A stretch of 32,049 bases of DNA from Rhizaria sp. SCN 62-66 (lineage: Eukaryota): NCBI GenBank assembly GCA_001724265.1, contig MEDY01000348.1, forward strand, positions 1 to 32,049, read 5' to 3'. This document shows, in pieces, positions 10,501-19,900 of the stretch. Position numbers and translations under genes: made by a program. The first letter of the stretch is position 1; each line of letters starts with the position of its first letter. The notes under the pieces were generated by a model. It was not told the DNA's origin. It saw nothing but the letters and a program-made list of their open reading frames with translations, and ran no database searches.

Positions 10501-12655
10501 TGGAGATACTAGCGCTCGCAGTCGCATTACTGTTCGCAGTTGCAGCCGCGACTTGAAGCGACGTCGGCAGCATCACGTTGAAGCACTGCTGGTACTGCGC
10601 CGCGTCGCTCGCCACATCGCTACTCGCCTTGGAAATGGCGTGACGCTTCCCACCCACGTTGCCCCCGCTGCTACCGGCGCTCGCGTCGACCGGTGGAGGC
10701 AGCCCGAGAGCCGCCGCGGCCGCCGTGGAGACCGGAACGACCGCGCTCGCCAACCCCAGCGCCTGCGCGCGCGCACGGCCCTGCAGCAGCGCCGCGGCGG
10801 CCGCGGCCTCAAGCGCCTTGAGCTGCGGCGCGAGCACGCGCGTGGACAGCGCCTCGAGCGCCCAGAGCGAGGCCAGCAACGGCCGCGAGCGCAGCGGCGC
10901 CGTCGTGAACGCGTGGCCGTGCGCGGCCGCGGCGGCGGACGGGGACGGGCTGGACGCGTTCGCGCGAGACAGACCGTCGGCGTGCGTCTGCGAGAGGGTG
11001 AGCGGCAGCGGCAGCGAGAGCAGAGTCGTCGGCGCAGTGTTGCTGCTGCTACTGCTGCTGCTGCTGCCAACATTCGCGCCCGCGCTGTCGATGTTCGCAA
11101 CTGAGCCGGCCGTGGGAGTGCTCGGCATGCTGCTGCTGCCGCCGAGCGCGGGGGAGAAGCCCGCGGCGCCGGACGCCGACGAGAACGCGGACGCGGCGGC
11201 CACGGGCGTGAAGCAGAGCCAGTGCGGCGTCGCCGGCAGCGGAACGACGCTGGCAGACGCAGGGCTCGTCTGTCTCACACTCTGCTGTTGCGCTGCAGGA
11301 TACGTCTTACTCTCAGTCGCCGCTGCAGCTGCAGCTGCGCTAGCGTTTGCGTTGTGCTCGGTGACAGCAGACGCGTCGTTCGCGCCGTGCGCTGGCGTGG
11401 CGGCGGCGGCGGCGAGTGGAGTAGCTGTTGTTGTTGAGGAGCGACGAAAGATGCGGGAAAACAGGCCCCTCTTCTTCGGAGCCGTGTCGGTGCCGTTCGC
11501 GCTGGCATTGGCAGGGGTACTGGCGTTAACAGGAGCTGGTGCGCTGTTATTGCTACTTGCACTGGGCAGAGCCGAATTGCTATTGCTGTTAGTATTCGCG
11601 CCAGCACTGAAGTTCGCGTTCGCCCCGTGCGTGTTGTTGTTGTGAGCAATGTTGGGATTGCTGTTTGCAGAGGGCGACGTCGGTGGGAAATAGTCCGTGA
11701 CTGCAGCGCGCAGCGCCATGAGCGGCCGTGCGCCGCCCGCCACTGCCCCCTCCTCTTCCTCGTCTTCATTAAAAGGATTACTCCCCGACGGGGTCCGCTT
11801 GATGTGGGTGCTGCTCCGGCCGCCGCTGTACGTCGTCGTTTGCACTGAGCCGGCCAACGCTGTGTTCCGAGCTGCACCTGCGCCTGTGCCAGCGCCAGCT
11901 TCGGGATCAGAGTCAGAATCTGAGTTCGAGTCCGATGAGGACGATAGAACCATGGGGCCGTCAACGCTGCGGAAAAAACCCTTTGGCGCGGCGGAACTGA
12001 CACTAAGGCGTGGATTTACAGTCGCAGGACCTGGCCCTGCAGCGGCATCGTGACCAGCGTGTTTGTGGTGGCCCTGTATCGCATTCGTGCTGTTCACATT
12101 CATGTTTACGTTCACGCTTGTGTGAGAGCCGGTGACTGAGCGGCGCGGGCCCAGCGAGACCGAGTGCACCGGGATGCTCATCGGCCCGCCGGCGCCATTT
12201 GCGCTCACACTCGCGCTCGCACTTGACGAGGACGACGAGGACGAGGACGAGGACTGTGCAGGCAGTGTGGCGTATGCAGGGGCGCCCCACGCTACCGGTC
12301 CGAACGCTCCCGAGGCAGGCGCAGCGCCGCCCGCGGGGCTGACACCGCCGCTGGCAGCCGCGCCGGGACTCGAGGCAGCGGGGTTCGCCGCCGAGTGCGG
12401 GAACGAGAGGGAGCCGCGCGGGGTGGAGGCGGCGTACGGCTGATACGGCTGCGGGATCGGAGGTAAGCCGGCGGCGCTGCGGGACTTGCCCGCAACGGAC
12501 TGCGACAGACGGGGCTGCTGCGCGGGATTGATGCTGCTGGTGGCATTGTCGCCGTTGCTGCCAGCGTCGTTGCTAGTGGGATTTGCGTCGAAGCCGAAAG
12601 AGAAGTTGGAACCGAAGACGGGGAGCTCGCTGCGGCGACCGTTGGGAAGTGACAT
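4547..12655 (-). CDS. Large low-complexity VPS9-domain protein (putative Rab5-family guanine nucleotide exchange factor), 2702 aa
   Basis: Single open frame; the first ATG is at 12655 (MSLPNG...). AINADVLFPALLWVLSRAQLQWPLSHLRHLERVVDPSLRGFGEGGFCFTMYHAAVTHLARL (about 6521-6703) matches the VPS9 core pattern (ADDLLP.LIYVL..A.......L.YI.......GE.GY..T...A). The N-terminal VPS9 helices probably lie at about 7300-7414. Also has an NPF motif and an acidic C-terminal tail. Confidence 0.8.
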   Translation of the reverse strand: MSLPNGRRSELPVFGSNFSFGFDANPTSNDAGSNGDNATSSINPAQQPRLSQSVAGKSRSAAGLPPIPQPYQPYAASTPRGSLSFPHSAANPAASSPGAAASGGVSPAGGAAPASGAFGPVAWGAPAYATLPAQSSSSSSSSSSSASASVSANGAGGPMSIPVHSVSLGPRRSVTGSHTSVNVNMNVNSTNAIQGHHKHAGHDAAAGPGPATVNPRLSVSSAAPKGFFRSVDGPMVLSSSSDSNSDSDSDPEAGAGTGAGAARNTALAGSVQTTTYSGGRSSTHIKRTPSGSNPFNEDEEEEGAVAGGARPLMALRAAVTDYFPPTSPSANSNPNIAHNNNTHGANANFSAGANTNSNSNSALPSASSNNSAPAPVNASTPANASANGTDTAPKKRGLFSRIFRRSSTTTATPLAAAAATPAHGANDASAVTEHNANASAAAAAAATESKTYPAAQQQSVRQTSPASASVVPLPATPHWLCFTPVAAASAFSSASGAAGFSPALGGSSSMPSTPTAGSVANIDSAGANVGSSSSSSSSNTAPTTLLSLPLPLTLSQTHADGLSRANASSPSPSAAAAAHGHAFTTAPLRSRPLLASLWALEALSTRVLAPQLKALEAAAAAALLQGRARAQALGLASAVVPVSTAAAAALGLPPPVDASAGSSGGNVGGKRHAISKASSDVASDAAQYQQCFNVMLPTSLQVAAATANSNATASASISIPPLELLLAQVFQGIPASHAPSTQSLLASALSTAAAPAADPSASPAAAALLAHPPAAVAYAYATHTRLQLLTARARCARVLARAVRGYAAAVGFLLAHEAAALATAATASSCSSSSGVIANSANLGGAGETMTTLGVSTSADRTQPSSAGDAEANNNMNANSAAPSSSASIPAPGTVACADAGLVLTVAVPPALDPFVTWVALLPPAARLPCRPYEDSDSNSSSNSSSSSNNADNIDKNATTNASADSSEAKADTVQIDQLDKGYLDREYLDLLLRGLSQAWADALASVSQSQSNLPVPLTGATVWASSTVTVSSGGGSSADATTPVATAATTFGLSSPSPSPHLPTANVAAMASAPLGAVGPAVSVAGGALLLPVSAALARGASSRAALTTASPSAIFALAATTATAGADARGLSTAEARAAAFWQPLRPQLATLAAAISSAQRAHAEALTLCKYALQTGFAAWHLPAPPAPPALPQLATVPRVVFAAAARQGRAWQQAALARAFLDATNAANPSNTTVTASNNTSTAGSEVGPPLPQRRDSWFASAFATRRRSSAAAPPLSLSNGNGASGGVLQGAPVVGTLDDDNINLANSNSNSVLASAGRGSLSASSVAPAAAIATATAAAAGNFAPWGPAAAEVTPAQVGARLASLLDRCVRTMQRHAATHPAHAADAEADAAAAAAAAAAASGGDAGGVDDALDVDVGTARTRNAAAAAAAAPAQASAQPGFFTPPPSVTAGMAYAFPPSFPFFPDPAGALQAEFAALMLDARVADAGQLLLLWLADDPALISATDTLANASAAATASASASANGGGSSSAASTPVVQAISSAGCFVASSGESAASAAAARAARVSARLLRRMEETLVRKYKVPAGAHRAALTLLLGRLVHPLCPLAAAADDAAVAAVAADPVKLPGAAAGGVAASPSLGPSAAPSPAFTPLSLAFSSAGPGSGSSALVVALPLQRDPPPPFPAGSPPAGDLSWAAHTGWLRALSLVDMGVDADILPLTPRELAFLAHFAPLLRLASAAADPFPGATAALARLSAAPGWAGYDALQWITVSFRLLTAEAEAYAAARKRAAGYLLALEALTYASSAMAADKDSNSNSNAVTSSNSSAVGASGSAGAHCVSAWEALKAARIARKSKEAANSDTGESATSGLSLALRSRTTGLTGASVLSAGECDELLAEWVSAEQKRLRVRYNLSESNSNDSGDNKDGEQQDGDGDASVTAKNTSNSNEVTPAAPKWVRKFVQLTPTALARPPIAVRGGAVAINADVLFPALLWVLSRAQLQWPLSHLRHLERVVDPSLRGFGEGGFCFTMYHAAVTHLARLRPGAFELPSTGKGKDAYALAKAARTGVGAVGASLLHPLPLSMSAQTTPAAAAVPQSPTATRKQGQSPSPSPSQSPGPGAASAAASATATVVSPVTTTAQSFLAQSLSAYAFSWHTLTARYATAAAAAAAGGSVSGRRGLASPALSAAASQSLRFAPSAMSLSRAGSFSLSLAAQQQGQMQQPPLPSTGSLRHRNAGQPPVGSISSGSGGGNAYFGYPSSASGANAGLLMGATPGTPTFSFLAASPALAPAVPLPTQAPVPLYPGAQGMSNSNSVPGGTMAGPGSFTLASGLVPTATATAFSLSSQSPPLPLPGTAVANSIAHVAEPGSAPGSVPVPGPVPVTVPPTTPSRAAQSIFTLGGGAHSPPASSSGVGLAAGSVAASPVTAATSAAAGLPPTPQGAGRVRRTLSMFGTAPGSIGAGTGSANTNTNSISYGVATGAGTSASPSLIASNTAAVSLSANAAGVGLSVREDNDADDYDDDAPLTVAPALALATAAVTTARASASTATVGVAAGLSPPTGGALDGDFDTLTVTPSTAAPTASSLPAITVNTDFAAASVSPSPSPVPIPLPLPLPLSVAGLAIGVNENDDDDDGGLLDIGAGGGDSDVENSGDVSGSDDDDDDALLAQLQVKFGGENAADDTSSDDDGGDAENSGNDH

Positions 12656-13997
12656 CTCGCTGGTGGTGCTGCGTCCGTTGACAGGCACACTAACAGCGAG
12701 CAAACACGCGGACAGGCAACGCGCAAAGCCTAGAGAACTAGTACTAATCAAGGCAAAAGGCTCACCCCAATGTGTCTGTCTTGCTAGATGCCGGTCGGTT
12801 GTTGACCTTCGCTTTGGCCAGTGTGGGACGCGCGGTTGGCATGAGCATTAGGTTAGGTGGGTTTGGAGCAGAGATGTGAGTGTAATTGGATGAAAAAGAT
12901 AAAAGTAAAATAAAACAACTAATTCACATCTAGTATATGACGCATATGCTCTGTGACGGATGTTAAAACTCAGGATCATAGGGTCAATTTGGGACCACGT
13001 GAAGCCTCCATCGTCGCATGGAGCTCGTCGCCGTTGACATAACTTTGCTTTAGAGCACGACCCTGAAGATTTGTAGAAACAACGTAGTGCGGGCAGTCAA
13101 CAAACATTCACATTTATTACGAGTCTTGATTATATCTTCCTGAGTCCAACATCTATGTGGTGTATGTGTTGGTTTTACCCTCGTTCCACGATGTGTCACA
13201 CTTGTGCTGAACAATAAATACACGTTAGCTGCGACAAACACGACGATGAAACGCTAACCCATATGTAGCATGCAAGCTACACGTCGCACATGCATCATGC
13301 AGCAGCATATGCGCCGATCTGCATGGCATCGCAGACCTCGCTTTGCGTCACTAGCTTCATCCTATCCACACATGCGGCGACGTTAGAGATCGCGGCATGA
13401 GCGATGAATCCATAAGTTGTTCGAAAATCATTATAGTATAATACAAAGACAAGTAGGTACAGTATGAATACGAGCGGATATCTCTAGAGACGCATGTTTC
13501 ACCAAGATCCCGAGTTGCTTTGATTGGCTTGTCAAGGTCTGGTGGCGCAAAAGTAGGGGGTTGCGAGCCGTTGGAGCTCGGTGGCCGTTCAAATAAAACA
13601 ATCAATTCCGCGATCATCCCATCGTCAAAAGGTCTAATATTAGAATTCCAGAGCATTAAATCCGATTTTCTCTATTATATCTTGACAGAAAATTCCAGGG
13701 GGATGTTTTTGGCATTGTCTGTTTGTGTTTCGTCACTGCAGTCTTGCCCGTTGTTGGGCCCCCTACCAGTCGTTTCATTTTTCTTCATCATGCATATATA
13801 CGAACATTGTGGAGATTTTTAAGGCGTTCACAGTATTTTACAAACAAATTCACCCGATTTTCAACTATTGAACTTCAAAAACACTTGTATATCGATTATC
13901 CAGCCCCGCGTTTAGCTACTGCCCCATCGTCGTTACTCCAACCCTGGCACAGCGCCCCACCCCACCCAGCCCCGCGCCCCCCTGCGCTTCGCCCCCC

Positions 13998-16900
13998 ATG
14001 AGCGACGGCTACTTTTCCCCCGCCTCCGCGGCCTCCGCGTTGCCCCCCGGCTGGGTGCGCACTCCGGCCGACGGCGTCTACCTCCCAGCCTCACGCTTCC
14101 ACCCCGCTCTGCCCCCTTCTACCGCGGTTACGGGGTCTTCGCTCGCCTCAGCGCCCACCGCGTCCGCCGCCGCGCCTGCTGTGGATGTCACGGCTCGCCG
14201 CGCGCGACCGCAGTCGTCGGTGGCCCACCGCGCGTGGAGCGTCCAGTCCAAGGTCATCCAACCCAGCAGCAGCAGCAGTAATGACAACGCCAACGACGAC
14301 GCGGCGACCCGTGCATCCGTGGGCGGGGCTGGCACTGCGCGGTTGCAGCGCCCGATGACCGCAAAGCAGGCCCGCAACCGGTTTGCTCAAGCTGAGGCCG
14401 TGAACGCTGCGAGCACCGCAGCGGCGGCGGCGGCGGCAGCGCTGCCGGGCGGCCCCCCAGAGCCCCCGCTGCCGCGCTTCGCCCTGCCGGGGCCCGGCTC
14501 CGAGCTCCTCGCCGTGTTTCCGCACGCGCGCGACGCCTCCTCAGTCCTCTCCAACAGCAGCAGCGCCGCCGCCAGGGCCCGGCGCACTAGTGCCTCCGCG
14601 GCGGCGTTCACCATGCACGCGCCCGGCTGTCACAGCCAGCTCTGCGAGGGCGTCGCCGCGGGCGCACGCGGCTGCCACAGCGCGTGGGTTGCGGAGCAGG
14701 AGGCCGCGGCGGCGCGCGCGGCCGCGGCGGCCGAGGCAGAGCGGCGCGACGCGCTGGACGGGTATTTCGGCAATAACAAGACGCAGCAACTGTATGAGGA
14801 GGACATGCTCACCGCACGCCGCGCGCAGCTACAACAACAGCAGCAGCAGCAGCAGGCGCAGTTGCAGAGCGGCGGCGATGAGCACTCTGTCCCGACTGGG
14901 GCCACGCTGGCGCCCAAGGGCCTCTGGGCCTCCTCCTCCGCTGCCGCGGCCGCTGCTGCTGCCGCTAATAGCAACAACAACGCGCTCGCTGGCTCCCGGC
15001 CGTCGTCGGCCGCGGTGTCCGTCCCGGCCGAAGGCGTGACCGCGACGGGCGCCACCGTTGGTCCACGGCGGCCGGGGCTGCGGCCGCACGCGCCCGGCTC
15101 GGCCGCTGCCGCCACGGCCGCTGCGGGCGTGCCAGTCGTACAGCCCGGCTTCGCGGGCTTCGCAGATGACGACGACGGTGCGGCCACGGTGGTGCGACAA
15201 CACTCGCGCCACGGCGCGCAGCGGGCCGCGGCGGCGGCGGCGGCGCGGGCCTCGGTCGCGGAGGCGGCGGAGGCTCTACGGGGCGGCGTGGCCAGGCAGC
15301 AGCGGCCGCAGACGGCGCGGCCCGCGTCTGCGACCGCGACTGCGGCGGCGGCGGAGTCGTCGTTTTTGCGCTCAGCTGCCGCCGCCGCCGCCGCGACTAC
15401 CGCTTACGACGGCCACAGCAGTCCCCCCGGTCAGAGGCGGCGCGGCGGATTCTTCGCTCACGGCCGAGACGACAATAATTTGGACAATGATGATGCCGAC
15501 GGTGTGGGCCACGAGGCGAGTGAGATTGCTGGGCCGCACGAGGGCCTGTGGTTGCACGCCAAATCTGTCACTGGCCACTCGTTCTTCACACACACCGCCG
15601 CGAATAACAACATCAACAGCGACACCGCCACCGCCGGCCCGGACGGCGACTATATCGACCCCGCCGACGTGTCCAGCCACGTCCACGCCGCCTCCGCCGC
15701 TGCCGCAGTAGCAGGAAACCCCCTGAGCGCGACGTCCTACCACGGACTGCCCCCCGCGGCCGCGCTGGGCCGCTTCGCCAAGCAGCTCGCCGCCGTGCGC
15801 CGGCGCGAGGAGACGGCGCGGCGCGACGCGCTGGCCACGGTTGGCGGGAACCGGAACAAGGTTATGCAGCGGCCCGGCACCGCGTCCGCGCACTCGGCGT
15901 CCCGCTCTAACAGCAGTGGCCACGGCGGCAGCGTGGGTGCGGTGCCGGAGCCGCTGCGGCCCGCGTCGCTGTGGCCCGGCGCGCCCGCGCTTCACACCAT
16001 CACTGACAACGGCGCCGGCGCTAGTGCTGGCGCCGGCGCCGGCGCTGGTGCCGCTGCGGTGGGCTCCGGAGCCGGACTGATGACTGGCCCGGCTGCTGTC
16101 GACCGGGCGCGCGCGATCGCTGCAAGCACTGTCGCCCAATCGCAGTCTCAATCACCTGCACTTAACGACGGGTACGAGTCGCGCATGCATGGTGCGCGCG
16201 TGTTAGAGGGTATTATTGACGTTGGCTCACTTCAGCTCAATAGTAACGAAGCGGGGCCGCAGTCCGAGTCGCGGCTCGACTACGGCTACGGACGCTTGCC
16301 CCACGGTCACCCGCTGGCGCGGCTTAACTTTGGTTTGCTCGGGAAGGCCGATCAGTACACTCTTGCTCCTGAGTCCACCAACCACGCAGATGGGAATAAT
16401 ATGAATCCCGTTGGCAATGTTGACGGTCCGGAGGCTGCAGCGTTTGGTGACAGGAGCATATTGCCTGCCGATATGGCGGCGGCACTCAGTCGTTACGACA
16501 ATGTTCCCTTGCCCTTCAACACAGCAAACACCGCTGACACGGACACTGCTAATGCAAACGCGAACGGTATTGTCGGTGTCGCAATCAGTGGGAGCGGCAC
16601 AGGTGATCGTAACGCACGTCTGCGCCGCCCTGGCACCGCTCACCCAGCGTCTCGCTCTGCTCACGGTCAGTCCGCTGCTCACGGTCACTCCACTGCTCAC
16701 GGTCAGGCGACCGGCTACAGTGCGGCTGCGCTTGGCGCTGCGCCACACCGGCTCGGCAACCGCCCCACGACGGCTGGCATCTCGCACCTCTCCTACCTCG
16801 CCAACAGCAATAACCCGGACGCGAGCATCCCGACGAAGCGCATCACGCCCGCCGGCGTTGTATCGTCTAGTTCGAACAACAGCACTGCTGCAGAGGCAAC

Positions 16901-19900
16901 GACGACGGCTGCGGACGACGACGCCGCAGCCTGGGAGTCGTACAACAACTACACCATCTCCACGGCGCGCGCGCGCCAGCTGCGGCCCGGCGCGCACGAA
17001 GTCTTGGCAAACCCGCTGGTGTACGGCGTGCTCGCTGCGACCTCGGCCGACGCCACCGCTGGCAGCGCCAACACAGGCGGGCTCTCCGCTGCCGTGGCCT
17101 CGATCGGCGGCAGCGCGGGCGTGGGCATGCCGGCCGCGCTCAAGGCCGCCGCTCTGGGCCGCAGTGGCGGCGCGGCAGCCGAGGCCGTGGCGGCGCGGCG
17201 CCTTGTCGAGCGCCGGCGCGCGGCCGCGCTGCACAAGCGCGTGACCGAGACGCGGCGCCGCACGGGCTCCGTGATGGCCGCCGCGCGCGGGCGCATGCGG
17301 GCGCAGCTGGAGGCGCTGGAGCGCGCGAACGAGGTCAGCGTCGACGGCGTGGTGCTGACATGGCGCGAGCGCCGGGCCATCGGGCTCGGCGTACGGGAGC
17401 TGCGGCTGCCCGCGGGCGCGATTGAGCACGTGCAGCAGCAGCTGCAGCTGCAATATCACGGTCACGGCTCACACGGCGACCACAGCGAAGACGGTGGCGC
17501 CGATGCGGGTGATGGCTCTAAGATGCACCAGCAACATCAGCAGCAGGTTAGCGCTGCCTCTACACGCGTACGCCCGCACTCCGCCTACCCCGCGTTGAGC
17601 GCGGCGCACAGCGGCACAGACGCGAGGTACACCGACGGCTACGGGCCGGGCAAGGTGTACGGCGCCGGAGACAGCGCGCCTGTCAAGGGGGCCATGATGG
17701 AAGTGAGGCTGAGTCCCCAGGTGCTCACCGCGGGCAGCAGCGCCAACAAGCAGAGTCAGATGCAGACGCGGCCGCACACTGCCACTGCGACGATCGCTCC
17801 GACTGCGGCAGCTGCGAAGACGGCGGCCAGTGCTCATCCTGTTGCCTCCGGTGTTGTCGAGAGCACTGCTGTCGGCAGTCAGGAAGAGGGCAGCTCTGTT
17901 GCCGCGACCGTGAACAACGAGGACGACGATGACGGTCAGAACAACAGTGGCGAGCCTGCTGCCGCCACCAATGCTGGCTCTGATGCAGCGACTGCTGGAG
18001 ATGCCACCACGGAGACCCCTGGTGCACGTTATAGTGTGAACAGCCGCAGCAACGCGCCGCAGCGCCCCGTCCTAACCCAACTCGGCTCCGCCCGCCGCGC
18101 CCGCTTCGGCCCTCCTGCCATCTACGACCCCAACGACGCCCAGATGACTGGAGCCCACGATGCCGCTGCGGATGCTGGATCTGACTCGGCACCCGTGGTG
18201 CCGGCCGGATCTTACCCGCTGCCACCCCACGCACTGGCCGCGCCCAGCCGCGCCGCCGCGCACGCGTACCAGCGCGCCGCCTCCGCCTCCGCCGCCGCGG
18301 CCGCTTCGCGCTCCCGCGCGTTCGCCGCTGCGACGCAGCCGGGCGCTGGCATGAGCAGCGGCGGCGACGCGTTGGGCGGCGACGAAGGCAATGGCGACAA
18401 CAGCATTGGCCACATCCGTGCCCCGCTAACCGCGCTTGAGGGGTTTTCCTCGACCAGCAACCACGGCCACGGTATCGGCACCGTCGCCGGCTTCCACGCG
18501 GACGCTAGCTCGAGCCGGCCCAGCACTGCCGGCAGCCGCTCCCGTGCGCACGGCCCGTGGCAGCCGCCCGTGCGGCGCGGGCCGACGATCCGCGGCGCCC
18601 GCGACGCGCCGACGCTCACTCTCGCGCTCCGCTCGCAGCGCGTCGTGGTCACCGATGACGCCAACGAGTCTCTCTACGGCGACGACCACACCGCACACGC
18701 GTCCGCGGCGGCGGGCAGCGGGCAGGTTAGCGACGGCGGGCTCGCGCTGACGGCCAGCGCCGCGGAGGCTGCTGCAGAGGCCGCGGCCGCAGCGCACGCC
18801 GCGGCTGCGCTCGCCGCCGGCGGCGGCATGTCGCTGCTGCGGGCGCGGATGGCGGCCGAGGCCGCAGCGGCGGCGGCGCGGCGCGCGGGCCACGTGGCGC
18901 GCGTTGCTATGACTGCGTCGGGGCCCGTGTCGATCCCCGTTGCCCACGGTCACTGTCACGTCGACGTCGACGGCGACGGCGGCGCGGGCAACGGCCAGCT
19001 TAGCGACAGCGCTGCCGGGCTAAGCTCGAGTGCCGCGGCCGCCCACTCCGCTGCGCACGGCGCGGCAGCGAGCGCCAGCGTCAACGGGAGCAGGGCGTTC
19101 ACGCGCATTGGGCTGCAGCTGGTGCCTACCGGCGCGGTCGCGGGCCCCCTCGCGCCGCCCGACCGCGGCTTGAAGCCAGTCGCCGGCGGCGGAGTGCGCG
19201 CCGGCGCCCGCCCGGCTTCGGCTGCGCCCGTGCGTCTGCTGCCTCGCGCGAACAACGCGGGCGCTAAGAACACGCTGAACGACGGCACTGACGCGAATGC
19301 CGATGAAGTCGCTGTGATTGCTCAAAGCAGCGACGCTGCAGTTGACCCTAATGCGAGCGCGAATGCTTATCCCGTTGCTGTTGCCGACGGAGCTACTCTT
19401 GGTTCCAAGATGACCCACGCCCCGCAGAGTAGCAGTCTCAGTGCCACCGTTACTGTCGCCGGCGCCGGCACCGGTGCGGGCGCGATGGCGCACCGCCCGC
19501 GCCCCACGACGGCCTTCGCGCGCGCAGGCTACGCCCTGGCTCTGGGGGCAGCCGCGGACGGCGACGATCTCAGTGCGGGCGTCAGGGCCCCCGCCGTGGT
19601 CGATCTCGTGCAGGCGATCCCCGTCACGCACAACACGAACACGATCCCGCACTCGGTCGTGTCGTACCGGCCGCGCCCCGCGACCGCGGCAGCGCTGCGG
19701 TCACAGAGCGCTTCTCGCGGCGGCCACGGCCAGGCGAACGCGCAGCCGCATGACCCGAACCGCCCGGGCAACCCGTATGACGAGCTCCACGGACGCAGCA
19801 GCGCTTACGGCATGCGCACGCGCGGTCATGCATCTGCAGGTAGTTGCAACGACGACGCCGGCAGTGGTGATCATAGCAGCGCAGAGCCGTCGCTGTATGC

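Noticed and set aside
12656-12751. Apparent signal-peptide-like N-terminus of the VPS9 ORF
   Set aside because: Depends on a TTG start; the first ATG is at 12655 and VPS9 proteins are cytosolic.
13357-13822. Short intergenic ORFs of about 100 aa
   Set aside because: AT-rich, non-host codon usage, no motif.
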